Source of the DNA: Candidatus Bathyarchaeota archaeon
GTDB lineage: Archaea > Thermoproteota > Bathyarchaeia > Bathyarchaeales > Bathycorpusculaceae
Assembly (NCBI GenBank): GCA_963775685.1
Contig: CAVZJV010000014.1
Coordinates: 800,001 to 864,000 of the forward strand
Length of the DNA stretch: 64,000 nucleotides
Direction: 5' to 3'
The notes beneath the pieces were generated by a model, which did not search any database, was not told the origin of the DNA, and was given only the letters and a program-made list of their open reading frames with translations. The position numbers and the translations under genes are program-made. Each line of letters opens with the position of its first letter. Positions within the stretch are counted from its first letter, which is position 1. Positions 51,960 to 62,489 of this stretch are shown here, one piece after another.

Positions 51960-52199
51960 TCAAGCAAAGTTTTTCATAAGGTTAATGTTCAGCAATTCTG
52001 CCCACGCTATATTTTTTAGTGGCACACACGTGGCTCTTCGGTTGCCTAGTGAAGCGTACTCAATTAAGTTGTTGTTTTTTCCGGCACCCTTATGGAGTTT
52101 TGTTAATTGAACGTTTACTATTACTGCGCCATCTTTTAGATGGAGGTTAACATTTCTGCCGATAAACGATCTGGCGCTGTTTGAGCTGAAACTCTCCAT
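51960..52199 (-). CDS. Small protein with Sm/LSm-like N-terminal motif
   Basis: FIGRNVNLHLKDGAVIVNV; start moved to ATG 52199 after GGTGA. Confidence 0.65.
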   Translation of the reverse strand: MESFSSNSARSFIGRNVNLHLKDGAVIVNVQLTKLHKGAGKNNNLIEYASLGNRRATCVPLKNIAWAELLNINLMKNFA

Positions 52200-52201
52200 C
52201 T

Positions 52202-52339
52202 TCACCACTCCACCTCTTGGTCGGCGATCTTGCCCCAGCACTGTTGGCATATGGGTAAGTTTTCGCCTCTTATTTGGATGTAGAGTTTGATGTTTTCGCT
52301 TTTGCAGTTATCGCTCCAGGGGTTTTTACAATGTTCCAT
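52202..52339 (-). CDS. Small zinc-finger protein (45 aa)
   Basis: MEHCKNPWSDNC...LPICQQCW; stop 2 nt before next start. Confidence 0.7.
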   Translation of the reverse strand: MEHCKNPWSDNCKSENIKLYIQIRGENLPICQQCWGKIADQEVEW

Positions 52340-52462
52340 TCTTTTTGCCTCAAGGCACTTCTCTTGTGTTTTTTGCTTTTAAGGTGGGTGCTGAAGCGCA
52401 TGTTTGTATCTGGGGAGAGGTGGGTGAAAGTGAAACTTTATTACTATTAGTTTTCGATTGAT

Positions 52463-52921
52463 TTGATTATGGCTTTCTTAAACAATAGTGTTGGACTCAT
52501 CATCACAGCTAACTTGGTAATCCAAATAGTTGTTTTATTTTTGCTCACTTATGGTTACGTTTTGAAACGAAAGTTAAGGTTCCGACACCACGGTATTGTG
52601 ATGTCTACAGCGCTTATTTTGCATTTAATAATGGTTGTTTTCATCATGATTCCTTCATTTGTTTTTGCAGTTATTCCAGAATACATTGTTCCTACTCCTT
52701 TAACTGCTACATCGGTTGTCGCTCTAATTCACGGCATTCTTGGATCCGTTGCCTTATTGCTTGGTACTTGGATTGTTGCCTCGTGGTGGTTCCGCAAAAA
52801 TATCCAAGGATGCATAAGCAGGAAAAAAATTATGCTAAAAATCCTAACAGTTTGGGTTTTCTCACTTGTCATTGGAATAATTCTCTACGCAATCTTCATT
52901 GGACCAGTTTTAAATGGTTAA
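52463..52921 (+). CDS. DUF420-like membrane protein
   Basis: 4 TM, HHG..M, H in TM2 and IHGILG. Confidence 0.75.
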   Translation: MIMAFLNNSVGLIITANLVIQIVVLFLLTYGYVLKRKLRFRHHGIVMSTALILHLIMVVFIMIPSFVFAVIPEYIVPTPLTATSVVALIHGILGSVALLLGTWIVASWWFRKNIQGCISRKKIMLKILTVWVFSLVIGIILYAIFIGPVLNG

Positions 52922-53450
52922 AGCTCGATTATTTGCGGCGTGAGGGTTTCCCTGGTGACTTTGAGCAGCCCAACTGAAGGTCTAGTTATCAGTGAAATTG
53001 GATCCGTTGGGCTACCCGGGTTAAAATAAAGGATTTTGCCTTCCCATTTGATGTCTGCAGCATGAGTGTGTCCATAAACGAGAACGTCAAAATTAGCTTT
53101 TTCCTGCAACTTATCTGATCCAAATAGGTTGCTTTGGTCATGGATTACTCCTATTTTCCATTCAAAAAGCTTCAATGAATTAAATTTTGGGAGTGCATTC
53201 GTGACTTCTAAGCCATCCATGTTACCTTGGATAGCCAAAACAGGTGCAATCTGCTCCAACTCATCAACCACTGCCAACTCAACCAAGTCGCCAGCATGAA
53301 TGATGTAGTCTACGTTTTCGAAGATTTCAAAGACTCGTTTGGGAAGGCATCTTGCTCTTTTGGGCACGTGTGTATCGGAGATTAAGCCGATAGTTTTAAC
53401 GGGTTTAAGGTTTAGGGGTTCTTTTTTTATTAAGGCTTGTCCACCGAGCA
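52918..53450 (-). CDS. YfcE/MJ0936-type metallophosphoesterase
   Basis: ISDTH, HAGD, GNMD, GHTH, NPGS. Confidence 0.92.
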
Positions 53451-53549
53451 TTTTGGGTTGCCTCTCTAGCAGGATAGCACCACGATAGCATAGAAAGTTA
53501 ACAATAAAAATTAGACTGTCTAAAAACATAGAAAATATGGAAAAATTGG

Positions 53550-54908
53550 TTAAGTCATGAATCTTTTAACAGTCTCATAGAAGATGCTTGTTCCAAAAAC
53601 AAGGTTTTCCACAGTTATCCGCTCATCGATGCCATGCATGCGTTTTTCTAATTCATCGTTGGGTTCATCGGGTCGCATCGGGTGGAAACCATAGCATACG
53701 CTGTCTGTTTCCCTAAAGAAGCGCGAATCGGTGCCGCCTGTTGTCAAGGTAGGGGTTACCCCGCAGTTCGGCTCAAAGTCTCTCAGAACATCTGTTATGA
53801 CGGTGTAGAGTGGTGTTTGTGTGGTGGATTCGTTTCCGTCATGCATTTGAATAATTTCAAAACTTAATTTATCCAAACCAACATTCTCTAACAAGACTTT
53901 GAAGATAGCAAGTGTTTGATCAACGCTTTGTCCGGGCAAAACGCGGCAGTCAAAGACTGCTTCACATTCTGAGGGGATGATGTTTTCTTTTACTCCGCCA
54001 TGGATGATTGTTGGTGTGATGGTGGTTTTGATTCTGGGACGGATTTCTTCTGCCAACGCCTTATCTGTTTTGGCTAATTGATCGAGTATTTGTTCGCTTT
54101 GCGTAGGGTTATTTAGTAACCTTGTGAACGATTTGTTTAGCTCCGAGTTCAGCTTTCCTATTTCAGATAGGAACTCCTTGAGGGTTGAAACATACAGGGT
54201 TTCTGGCTGGTAAGAGCTAAGAATGTTTATAACTTTGTTCATGCGCAAAATGGCATTATCAGCCATGTTTGGGGTCGAGCCATGCCCAGGGGTTCCTTTA
54301 GCCTTTATTTTAAACCAGAGAATACCTTTTTCCGCTGTTTGCACTGGATAAACGTTGCCTTTTTTTTGCGGGATAGCTAATCCACCCCCTTCGTTTAGCA
54401 CATAAGGACACCAAACCTTTTCTTTATGGTTCCGCAAAAGGTAGCCTGCACCTTCTTCTCCACCTTTTTCCTCGTCAGCTGTAGCTGCAAGCACAACGTC
54501 TCCTTTTAGAGGGATGTTATTTCTTTTAAGGAACAGGAGGGTTAGAACTTCGACAGCGGTCATGCCTTTCATATCGTAGGCACCTCTGCCGTACACATAG
54601 CCATTTGTTACTATTCCAGCGAACGGATCAACGCTCCATTCAGTTGCATTTGCAGCGACTACATCGATGTGTGAAAGCAACAGCAAGTTGGGTTTCTCGC
54701 CTGAGCCCTTAAGCCGAGATATTACACTGCCTCTACCTGGTACTGATTCGATCACTTCCGTTTTAAAGCCTTCTTTTGATAAATATTGGGCGATAAAGTT
54801 GGCTGCTGCTGTTTCGTTGCCAGGGGGGTTAGTTGTGTTTATGCGGATTAAATCTCTAAGGAAATGGGTAATTTCTTGTTCTATTTCATTTAGGATTGGC
54901 ACGGGCAT
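53550..54908 (-). CDS. M20/M25/M40 family metallopeptidase (DapE/ArgE-like)
   Basis: SHIDVV, YGRGAYDMKG, DEEKGG, NEGG, GGTD, HGIDE. Confidence 0.93.
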   Translation of the reverse strand: MPVPILNEIEQEITHFLRDLIRINTTNPPGNETAAANFIAQYLSKEGFKTEVIESVPGRGSVISRLKGSGEKPNLLLLSHIDVVAANATEWSVDPFAGIVTNGYVYGRGAYDMKGMTAVEVLTLLFLKRNNIPLKGDVVLAATADEEKGGEEGAGYLLRNHKEKVWCPYVLNEGGGLAIPQKKGNVYPVQTAEKGILWFKIKAKGTPGHGSTPNMADNAILRMNKVINILSSYQPETLYVSTLKEFLSEIGKLNSELNKSFTRLLNNPTQSEQILDQLAKTDKALAEEIRPRIKTTITPTIIHGGVKENIIPSECEAVFDCRVLPGQSVDQTLAIFKVLLENVGLDKLSFEIIQMHDGNESTTQTPLYTVITDVLRDFEPNCGVTPTLTTGGTDSRFFRETDSVCYGFHPMRPDEPNDELEKRMHGIDERITVENLVFGTSIFYETVKRFMT

Positions 54909-55093
54909 TTTTTGGGCTCCTGCATGTTTAGAAACGGGTTTTTTCTCTTAAGAGTATCTGTTGCTATGTCCTTATTGTACTCGAAGAGATTTTTGATTAT
55001 GCAACAATGATGTTTATATTTCTAAACTAGAATATTACAAAACATATAAGTGATAGAACTGAGAATAGTAGTAATAGAACGATTAGACGAGGA

Positions 55094-56119
55094 ATGAACC
55101 ATGTGCAAACAGATCCAGTGACTCGGTGGAAAAGAAGAATTGGGGAACAGCTGTTTAACCAATACAAGCTGGATTTCCAAACATTCTTAACTCTAAATAA
55201 TATTGCTGATACTTTTGATTTGCTCAAACTCAATTTGCTTGATGCAACTGATTTGGCTGAAGAATTTTTGGATTATATGATCTCCAAAAAATAGAGGTTT
55301 AGCAAAGCATCAAACGCATATACCGCAATTCGAAGTTTTTTAGCCACAACGGAATGAAACTAGGCAAAGTACAAAAGAAATTCCAGTGCCATGCGGAATA
55401 CACCACGGATTATCTATGTTCACAAAAGCAGGTTTAGACCAAATATCGTTTTGCAATCCTCGATGATGTGGCAATTTACATTAAACGGCACTTAGAGGAA
55501 AGACGTTGGGCGGGTGAAGTCTTAACACCTGAAAGCAAGCTATTTAGAACACGACGCATTTCTGGAAAAGAGACATACATTAACCCGATGAATAAGAAAC
55601 TCACCAAGAACCCCTTCCGCATAAACTATAGTGATCCCAGAGTTTTCCCCATAACTCAATGGACTATAAACAACACAATTATTAAAAAAGCTGAAAACTC
55701 GGCTTCCAAAGTTATGTAACTACTAGACTTGAACAGAAATGCGCTCAAGTTCACGGTCACAGCGGCAGAGAATATTTTAAAACTCAAACCCGTAAAGCAA
55801 AGATTGACCCCGATATCAGAGATTTCTTGATTGGACACAAAGTACTTTTGGCGGAGCATACGATAAATTCACAGAGGCTGAGATAACACAAGTCATGGAA
55901 GAAGCAAGATCGTACTTAGCAATTATACCCAATGGCGGAAATGAACTTTAGAAACGCAAACAAAGCATTGAAGATCAAATAAGAATCTTGAAAGGCCTTT
56001 TGACTCCAGAGCAATATGAAGCCTTCAAAGTCTCAGTTATTAAAGCATCCACCGCTAAAGCGCTTCAAACGACTGTAAATAACCGCCTCGTAGAAGTTGG
56101 AACAGGCACAAAATCCTAA
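55094..56119 (+). pseudogene. Heavily degraded tyrosine recombinase
   Basis: Fragments AIRSF..HNG, HLEERR..GEVLTPESKLF, VHGHSGREYFKTQ (HxxR), DFLIGH, GAYDKF across several frames. Confidence 0.8.
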
Positions 56120-56545
56120 TTTACTCTCAGTTTGCATCAACTGAAAATGGCTTACGTGTACAGAATCGCGCAAATTTAGCTCGCCCTCCTTTTATCTAAG
56201 TGATGTTCGGTTTTTTCGAGAAAATTTTGGCGTTAAAATTGTTTTGGGTTTTTATTGACATCATCTTTTAACAATGTGTAATAACTCCATGTTCACCGCA
56301 CCCCACCGCGCGCGCTTTCAACCCCACTCAAACACCAAACCGAAAACCACGAAACAACCCCAAGCAACCAAACAAAATCCAAAACAAAGTCCTTCGCCCC
56401 CGATGGGTCAAAATCTGCGAAAGGGAAGTCGAAATTTACGCTTATTCTACGTAATCTGCTATCAGAGTTTGGTTTTCTAAGTGAATGGGTTAAATGCAGC
56501 GCAAGGGATGTTTTTTATCAACGGGGATGATGTCGCCGTCCCAGC

Positions 56546-56575
56546 CTTAGGGCAAAGCAATTTCTTACTCTTTTG
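56546..56575 (+). repeat. Repeat X copy 1
   Basis: cttagggcaaagcaatttcttactcttttg, 27/30 to 58200..58229; weaker similarity continues about 35 bp. Confidence 0.85.
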
Positions 56576-56620
56576 GTTCTTCTCATACCTTATCAGTGTA
56601 TTCTAATTGATGTTTACTAG

Positions 56621-58066
56621 TTATAGGATTTCAGAATGAAAAAAATGAATTTGCTCGGCAGGGAGAACTGGCATTTCTATGATGAATTTTGTTCCTTTGC
56701 CATTTTCACTTTCAAACTTAATCGTTCCACCTTGGGCTTCCATGACCCGTTTGCAAACTGCCAAACCGAACCCTTGACCCTTTGATTTAGTCGTAAAAAG
56801 TGGCGTGAAAAGCTTTGGTTTAATCTCTTCAGATATACCAACGCCTGTGTCTTCAAAGCTAATCTTAACCTTTGATGCTTCTTCCTTCGCGCTTATGCTT
56901 AGTTTTCCGCCTTCTGGCATAGCCTGAATGGCATTGGTTATTAAATTTATTAGGACTCTTTTCAGTAAATGAGGGTCCGCGTTTATAATTAAGTTATCTT
57001 GGATTAAAAGTTCAACCTTGATATTGTCTGGAAAATGATTTTCTGCTAATCGGTTCTCAATAAGTTGCTTTAGGTATATTGCTTGCTTCTGCACTTGGAC
57101 GGGTCGAACGAATGTTTGAAGGTCACTTACAATTTTATCCATGTAATTGATTTGTTCTTCAATGTTATTCATGCTTTCTTGCATGTTTGCTTTCAGTTCA
57201 CCCTCAGGTAGTGCTTGCAATTCAGTTCTTACAATGTACAATTCACCAATAATTGATTGCAGTGGATTTCGAAGGTCATGCCCAACCATACCGGCGGTTT
57301 GCCCAATAGCTGCCATGCGTTCTTGTTCTTGAAGTTTTGATGTCATGTTTTTGAGGTTCATTGTCATTTGATTGAAAGAGTTGGAAAGCTCGCCGATTTC
57401 ATCTTTTTTGGCTGTTTTTACGGAGTAGTCAAGATTCCCTGAACCGATTATTTTTATTCCATTTTGAAGACTTAAAATTGATTTTAAAGCCCGTCTGTAC
57501 GTTATCAGATAAGTGGTGAAAAAAAACACTGCGAAAGTAATGAGTAATGACGATATTAGAATTATATTAGACTGATGAGTCTGGTCAGTTTGGTTTCGTA
57601 ATAATTGTGAGAGGTTGGCAGTGTCTATTGAAAGGGTCTGCGTCTTAACACTTAAGTTGCTCCATGCTGATTGAAATTCAGGCAATATTCTTACGTTTTG
57701 GTCTAGAGTTACTGACTGCAAATAAGAGGTTATCCCGTCAAAAGCAGTATCTACAAGTTGAGTATCTACTTCAATAGAGCCTATGTTTTGCTCTTGCGGA
57801 AGGGCTTTCGCTATTTCTGTCAAGTTCCCATAAATAATGTTAATATTTATTTCCCAATTTGTGAGCTGAGAATTATTTCGATGCAAGTAATACTCATTCG
57901 CAATATAACTAAACTTTCCAACTGCGCTTTGGATGTTGCCAGCGATATCTTGTTGATTGGAAAGTTCTGTTGTTCTCTCATTGGTGTAAATAATTGAAGT
58001 ACTGATAATTAGCAAGATAAATGCAAAGATAATTAATGTTCCAATCAACTGGGACTTAATTTTCAT
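56621..58066 (-). CDS. Membrane sensor histidine kinase (2TM-HAMP-HisKA-HATPase), paralog of 8030..10354
   Basis: MKIKSQLI N-term, DEIGELSNSFNQM, GHDLRNPL, NAIQA, DTGVGI, GQGFGL. Confidence 0.93.
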   Translation of the reverse strand: MKIKSQLIGTLIIFAFILLIISTSIIYTNERTTELSNQQDIAGNIQSAVGKFSYIANEYYLHRNNSQLTNWEININIIYGNLTEIAKALPQEQNIGSIEVDTQLVDTAFDGITSYLQSVTLDQNVRILPEFQSAWSNLSVKTQTLSIDTANLSQLLRNQTDQTHQSNIILISSLLITFAVFFFTTYLITYRRALKSILSLQNGIKIIGSGNLDYSVKTAKKDEIGELSNSFNQMTMNLKNMTSKLQEQERMAAIGQTAGMVGHDLRNPLQSIIGELYIVRTELQALPEGELKANMQESMNNIEEQINYMDKIVSDLQTFVRPVQVQKQAIYLKQLIENRLAENHFPDNIKVELLIQDNLIINADPHLLKRVLINLITNAIQAMPEGGKLSISAKEEASKVKISFEDTGVGISEEIKPKLFTPLFTTKSKGQGFGLAVCKRVMEAQGGTIKFESENGKGTKFIIEMPVLPAEQIHFFHSEIL

Positions 58067-58152
58067 GCTATTCAGATATTGCTTACTATCTCTTCGATTA
58101 TTTAAGCAGATGTCACTTTTTCGTTTTCTTTGATGACCAAATTGTTGTGAAG

Positions 58153-58186
58153 AAACAGAGTTCTCAGATGCGGAGAGGGTGCCCTT
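58153..58186 (+). repeat. Repeat Y copy 1
   Basis: aaacagagttctcagatgcggagagggtgccctt, 28/34 to 58828..58861. Confidence 0.8.
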
Positions 58187-58199
58187 TAGAGCACTATTT

Positions 58200-58229
58200 C
58201 TTAGGGCTTAGTAATTTCTTACTCTTTTG
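58200..58229 (+). repeat. Repeat X copy 2
   Basis: 27/30 to 56546..56575. Confidence 0.85.
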
Positions 58230-58432
58230 TATTTTATTCATACTTAAACCCTAAGTTCTTATTGTTGCTGATAGTTATGTTTTTTTTAATTTACCGTCTA
58301 TGGCGCAATAATTGCTCATTGGTTCTAGACTTTAAATTTAGACGCTTGTCTACTAAAATGGTGGGAACACTTATCATTCGGTTTAAACATATGACTAATT
58401 AGATAACAAATCCGATCCTAGGGTGTTGTTTA

Positions 58433-58915
58433 ATGGACGAGAGTTGTAGGGGCTGCGTTTATTTTGAGGATCGTAGGTGTATAGATAAGGTGGCATTCTG
58501 CGCAATGCTTCACGGACCATCATCGGTTTGCTGCCTAGAATTTGAACCGTGTAATGGGAAAATTGATGAAATCAAATTAGAAAATAAATTTTGTGTAGAC
58601 TGTGCTCATTATGAAAACATTCTTGGCATTTCTATCTGCAGTAGAGCTCATAAACCTGGCATCGCTTGTCCCGCGTTCAGAAAAAAAGCGAGGCTATGGA
58701 GATTACAACTCAAAAGCGCGACATTATGTTCAAGACTTCTCTTATCCGATATGGACGAAGGAAAAGAAAAAAGAGAACCTTTCAATCATACGATGGCAAA
58801 CTCAAAATTGCTTTTTTGTTTATGCAAAAACAGAGTCCTTGGGTGCGAGGAGGGTGCCCTTATGGAGGTGTACTCGCCACCTGAGGTGTTTTTGCAAAAG
58901 AGTTGTTTCATTTGA
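58433..58915 (+). CDS. Cysteine-rich protein with two CxxC..F/YE repeats (3' part probably frameshifted)
   Basis: CRGCVYFE..C..H....C and CVDCAHYE..C..H....C. Confidence 0.6.
   Translation: MDESCRGCVYFEDRRCIDKVAFCAMLHGPSSVCCLEFEPCNGKIDEIKLENKFCVDCAHYENILGISICSRAHKPGIACPAFRKKARLWRLQLKSATLCSRLLLSDMDEGKEKREPFNHTMANSKLLFCLCKNRVLGCEEGALMEVYSPPEVFLQKSCFI
58828..58861 (+). repeat. Repeat Y copy 2
   Basis: 28/34 to 58153..58186. Confidence 0.8.
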
Positions 58916-59635
58916 TTGTTAGTGCTATCTTGATAGGAGTTTAAAATCATGATAGCGCTGTTTTAAGAAAACCGGCTAGATCTAATGTCTCAATTTCAGA
59001 GCCACAATGTTCACAGGTTTTTAATGATTTTAATGATGTCTTATCGTTTACCTTCAGAGTCCCACTGCAGTGAGGACAACGATATACGGCAACTATTCCA
59101 CCATCCTTGATTTGTTTTAACAAATCATTTAGGTTGATAGAGACATCAGTATGTTTACGACAACCTGCCTATCATTTACTCTAAGTACTTTTGCTTTGTC
59201 ATACATTTTTATTTTTTTCATATATTTCTGCTGCATTCTGGGCCCATAAAGAACATAATGACGTAAGCATTTTCTTTTCCTTCAGCATCCAAGGGTGTTG
59301 GGCATGTTTCAACTTTTAAAATATCAGCCATATGTGCACATTCTTGGCAAGCAAAATGAAAATGATCACTTAAATCCCAAGTGGGTATAAATACAAAATC
59401 GCTATGAGTAAGCGTTTCTTTTACAGATTCGTAAATTGTTTTTGTGTATTTTGGGAAGCTTTTAGGTTTTTTTAGAGGTTTGTTGTAGAAGTCATTTTCT
59501 ATTTACAATATTTTCACCATTGTATTCATAGAATTCATAGATGAGGTATAAGATTTATGAATTAGGAGTCAGTTTTTGGAGAAATTGAGACAAAAATTTA
59601 TAACAGTTCTAATATTACTATGATTAAGATGAAAT

Positions 59636-59863
59636 ATGGAAGTTAAAGTTTGCGAGTGCCCAAAGCCTTTATGCCGATATCGGTGGATTCCACGTGTAGT
59701 GAACGCAGAACCAAAAGAGTGCCCTGCATGCAAGCACAGGTTTACAGCGTCTTGGGGATTGAAGGTTAAATGTTGGAACCAAAAAATCTCCAGCATGGAT
59801 GACCTTAAGCAAATAAAAAGAGAAATTCGAGAATGGAACGACAAAGTTCGTTTCACATCCTAA
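59636..59863 (+). CDS. Small Zn-ribbon protein of MGE type
   Basis: C....CRYRWIPR...PKECPACK. Confidence 0.7.
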   Translation: MEVKVCECPKPLCRYRWIPRVVNAEPKECPACKHRFTASWGLKVKCWNQKISSMDDLKQIKREIREWNDKVRFTS

Positions 59864-60180
59864 ATCTGTATTATTTCAATTAACAATTTTAGAGAAAGGT
59901 TTTCTGACAGTGGGATAAGGATTTGACTTTTATTAAAATTAGTGTCCAAAGTTGCAAAACAATTTTAGTGGTTGTTCAATGGAGAAGTTAAATTTAAATT
60001 CTGGATTGAAACAGTTGATAATGTTGATAAGAGAAAAGCTCTCAAAAGATTCGTGAAAATAGTGAAATTTTGAAAGGTTTTTTTTGAGTTATTGAACGAT
60101 TCAATTCATTTAATTCCTCATGTGCTTAACCTTCAATTTTGTGTAAAAAGTTTGTCAAGTTTATATATGATGTCAAAAAA

Positions 60181-60194
60181 TGCTATGGATAGCA
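60181..60194. promoter_or_regulatory. Palindrome between TATA and Lrp gene (candidate autoregulatory operator)
   Basis: tgctat-gg-atagca downstream of tttatata at ~60160. Confidence 0.5.
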
Positions 60195-60208
60195 AAAAAT
60201 CGTAATAG

Positions 60209-60727
60209 TTGATTGTAATGAAAGAGCTAAAACCAATAGATTACAAGATTCTGTTCGAGCTCATGAAGGACTCGCATAGAAGCGATCGGCAACTTGCAAA
60301 AGCCTTAGGTGTTTCTCAGCCAACAGTAACTCGAAGGCGCGCCATGCTGGAAGAAAACTTTATTGAAGGATACACCGTTATCCCCAAATTTGGCCAAATT
60401 GGGTTCGAAATAGCCGCTATAACATTTTTGAAGAGTAAACTAAAATTTGCAACAGGCAAGGAAAAAACTCAAGCATTAATGAAAACAAAAGAATGGTTCA
60501 TGAAGCAAACCAACGTAGTTCTGGCGCTAGACGGCAGAGGCATGGGTTGGGATACTGTTTGCATTTCTCTACATGAAAACTTTGAAAGCTTCGCCGGGTT
60601 TATCAGGGCTCTAGATTCTGAACTTTCCGATTTGGTGGTAGAAAGCCAAACCTTCAATGCTGACTTGAAGGGCGGAATAGTGATTAAGCCATTCCACCTA
60701 AAGTACTTAGCATCAACAAAACAGTAA
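60209..60727 (+). CDS. Lrp/AsnC family transcriptional regulator
   Basis: DYKILFELMKDSHRSDRQLAKALGVSQPTVTRRR..LE...IEGYT. Confidence 0.92.
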   Translation: MIVMKELKPIDYKILFELMKDSHRSDRQLAKALGVSQPTVTRRRAMLEENFIEGYTVIPKFGQIGFEIAAITFLKSKLKFATGKEKTQALMKTKEWFMKQTNVVLALDGRGMGWDTVCISLHENFESFAGFIRALDSELSDLVVESQTFNADLKGGIVIKPFHLKYLASTKQ

Positions 60728-61092
60728 AAACACCCCCACCTCCCTCTTTACTTTTCTATATTCCTCAAACAACCTTTCTGTAAAACATATTCTCAACTGA
60801 TTATCTATAACTGGTGAATCAAAAGAGCCTTTGGAATTTATTTATCTGCGGTTAATCTTTTTTAGAATCCGTTTTTTGGGCAACTTTGGCTTTTTTGTTC
60901 TCGTTGCTTCAGCAGTCAAAGCAATAACCCCTTCTAAATATGGATGCTATCGAATATAAGGTAATTGACTTGTTTGGAGCGCATGGTTTTCTTTGTTTTC
61001 AGGTTTCAAAGCCAAAATGCTGAGGTAAAAGAATATATCTCTTAACTATTCCTTTTTTTCTTTCGTAATAAATCCCTAAGATAGGCGAAAAT

Positions 61093-62004
61093 ATGGATTT
61101 AGCGGAAAAAATCCAAAAGCTCAAGAAAGAAAAGAAAGCCGTTATTCTGGCTCATAACTATCAGCGTCCTGAAATTCAAGATATAGCTGACTACGTTGGC
61201 GACAGCATCGAGCTTAGCCGAAAAGCAGTAGAGGAAAAGGACGCTGAAATAATAGTGTTCTCAGCAGTGGATTTTATGGCTGAATCCGCGGCTATTCTAA
61301 ATCCAAGCAAGAAGGTTCTTTTACCATGTCTGGGTGCGCGCTGCCCCATGGCTCAGATGCTAACAGTTGATGAGATAAAATATGCCAAAAAACAGTACCC
61401 TAACGCACCTGTGGTCCTTTACGTTAACACTTTGGCCTCATGCAAAGCCGAATGCGACGTCTGCTGCACAAGCGCCAATGCCGTAGAAGTCATAAAATCA
61501 CTCGACGCTGATACAATCTTGTTTGGTCCAGACAAAAACCTAGCCAATTACGTCAGCGAGAAAACATGCAAAAAACTAATTCCCATTCCAACAAACGGGT
61601 TCTGCCCAACACACCTTTTGTTCCAACCCGAAGACGTCAAAGTCCTAAAAATGAAGCATTCAGACGCCATAGCAATGGCTCATCCTGAATGCAGCTCAGA
61701 AATGCGCAAAGCAGCCAACTTCATAGGTAGCACCTCAAAAATGTGCCGTTACGCCAAAGAATCCCACGCAAAAGATTTTATCGTCGGAACCGAAGAAGGC
61801 ATTCTCCACAGGCTACGCAAAGAGAACCCAGAGAAAAACTTTTACCTCGCTTACGATGGCGCCATTTGCCCCAACATGAAGCTGACGACACTTGACCGGC
61901 TCTATGCCTCGCTTAAAGAGGAAAAGAATGTGGTTAAGGTTCCTGATGCAGTCGCCAAGAAGGCGCGCGCTTCGCTGGAACGAATGTTTGAAGTCAAGAG
62001 CTAA
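61093..62004 (+). CDS. nadA: Quinolinate synthase
   Basis: ILAHNYQ, GDS, FMAE, CPMA, YVN, CTS.NA, HPEC, GST, CPNM. Confidence 0.96.
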   Translation: MDLAEKIQKLKKEKKAVILAHNYQRPEIQDIADYVGDSIELSRKAVEEKDAEIIVFSAVDFMAESAAILNPSKKVLLPCLGARCPMAQMLTVDEIKYAKKQYPNAPVVLYVNTLASCKAECDVCCTSANAVEVIKSLDADTILFGPDKNLANYVSEKTCKKLIPIPTNGFCPTHLLFQPEDVKVLKMKHSDAIAMAHPECSSEMRKAANFIGSTSKMCRYAKESHAKDFIVGTEEGILHRLRKENPEKNFYLAYDGAICPNMKLTTLDRLYASLKEEKNVVKVPDAVAKKARASLERMFEVKS

Positions 62005-62420
62005 ACGGACACAATCATTGATTTGAGAATTTTTACGCCTCTTCTTGAGGCCAAATGGTCGCTTAGATGTCTGATTTCTGAGCCTTTGCCTTTTACGGCG
62101 ATGACTTCGAGGCAATCATGTTCACCGAGATGTATATGCATGGTTGAAGAAATCAGATCGGTATGGTGATGCTGCGCCTCTGTTAGGTCGCTTTCTAATC
62201 CTCTTGTGTCATGGTCATAAACCATAAGCAAAACACCTGTTTGCTGTGCATCTTCTTCTTTGACCCATTTGCGTTCGGAAACGAAGAGTCTTACAGCGTC
62301 TTGGATGGCCTTGCTTCGGCTTTCGTAGCCCATTTTAGTGGTAATTTCATCGAAGTCTTTGAGTAGCTCAGGTGGGAAGGTTACGCCTATTCGTGTTACT
62401 TTTGACATTGGGAGTCCCAC
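62001..62420 (-). CDS. nikR: Nickel-responsive regulator
   Basis: RHH RIGVT..SRSKAI.DA; YDH, QH, HIH..HDCLE. Confidence 0.95.
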   Translation of the reverse strand: MGLPMSKVTRIGVTFPPELLKDFDEITTKMGYESRSKAIQDAVRLFVSERKWVKEEDAQQTGVLLMVYDHDTRGLESDLTEAQHHHTDLISSTMHIHLGEHDCLEVIAVKGKGSEIRHLSDHLASRRGVKILKSMIVSV

Positions 62421-62461
62421 GTAGAATTTGTTTTTTGTGCCTAAAAGCTTTTATATTTAAG

Positions 62462-62489
62462 GTAACACGAATTTATTGAAAAGTGTTAC
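62462..62489. promoter_or_regulatory. Candidate NikR operator
   Basis: GTAACA-N16-TGTTAC, same geometry as E. coli GTATGA-N16-TCATAC, right after TATA tttatattta. Confidence 0.8.

Noticed and set aside
54960-55030. Possible dif/att boundary for the second element
   Set aside because: No convincing palindrome, tRNA fragment or partner repeat found by eye
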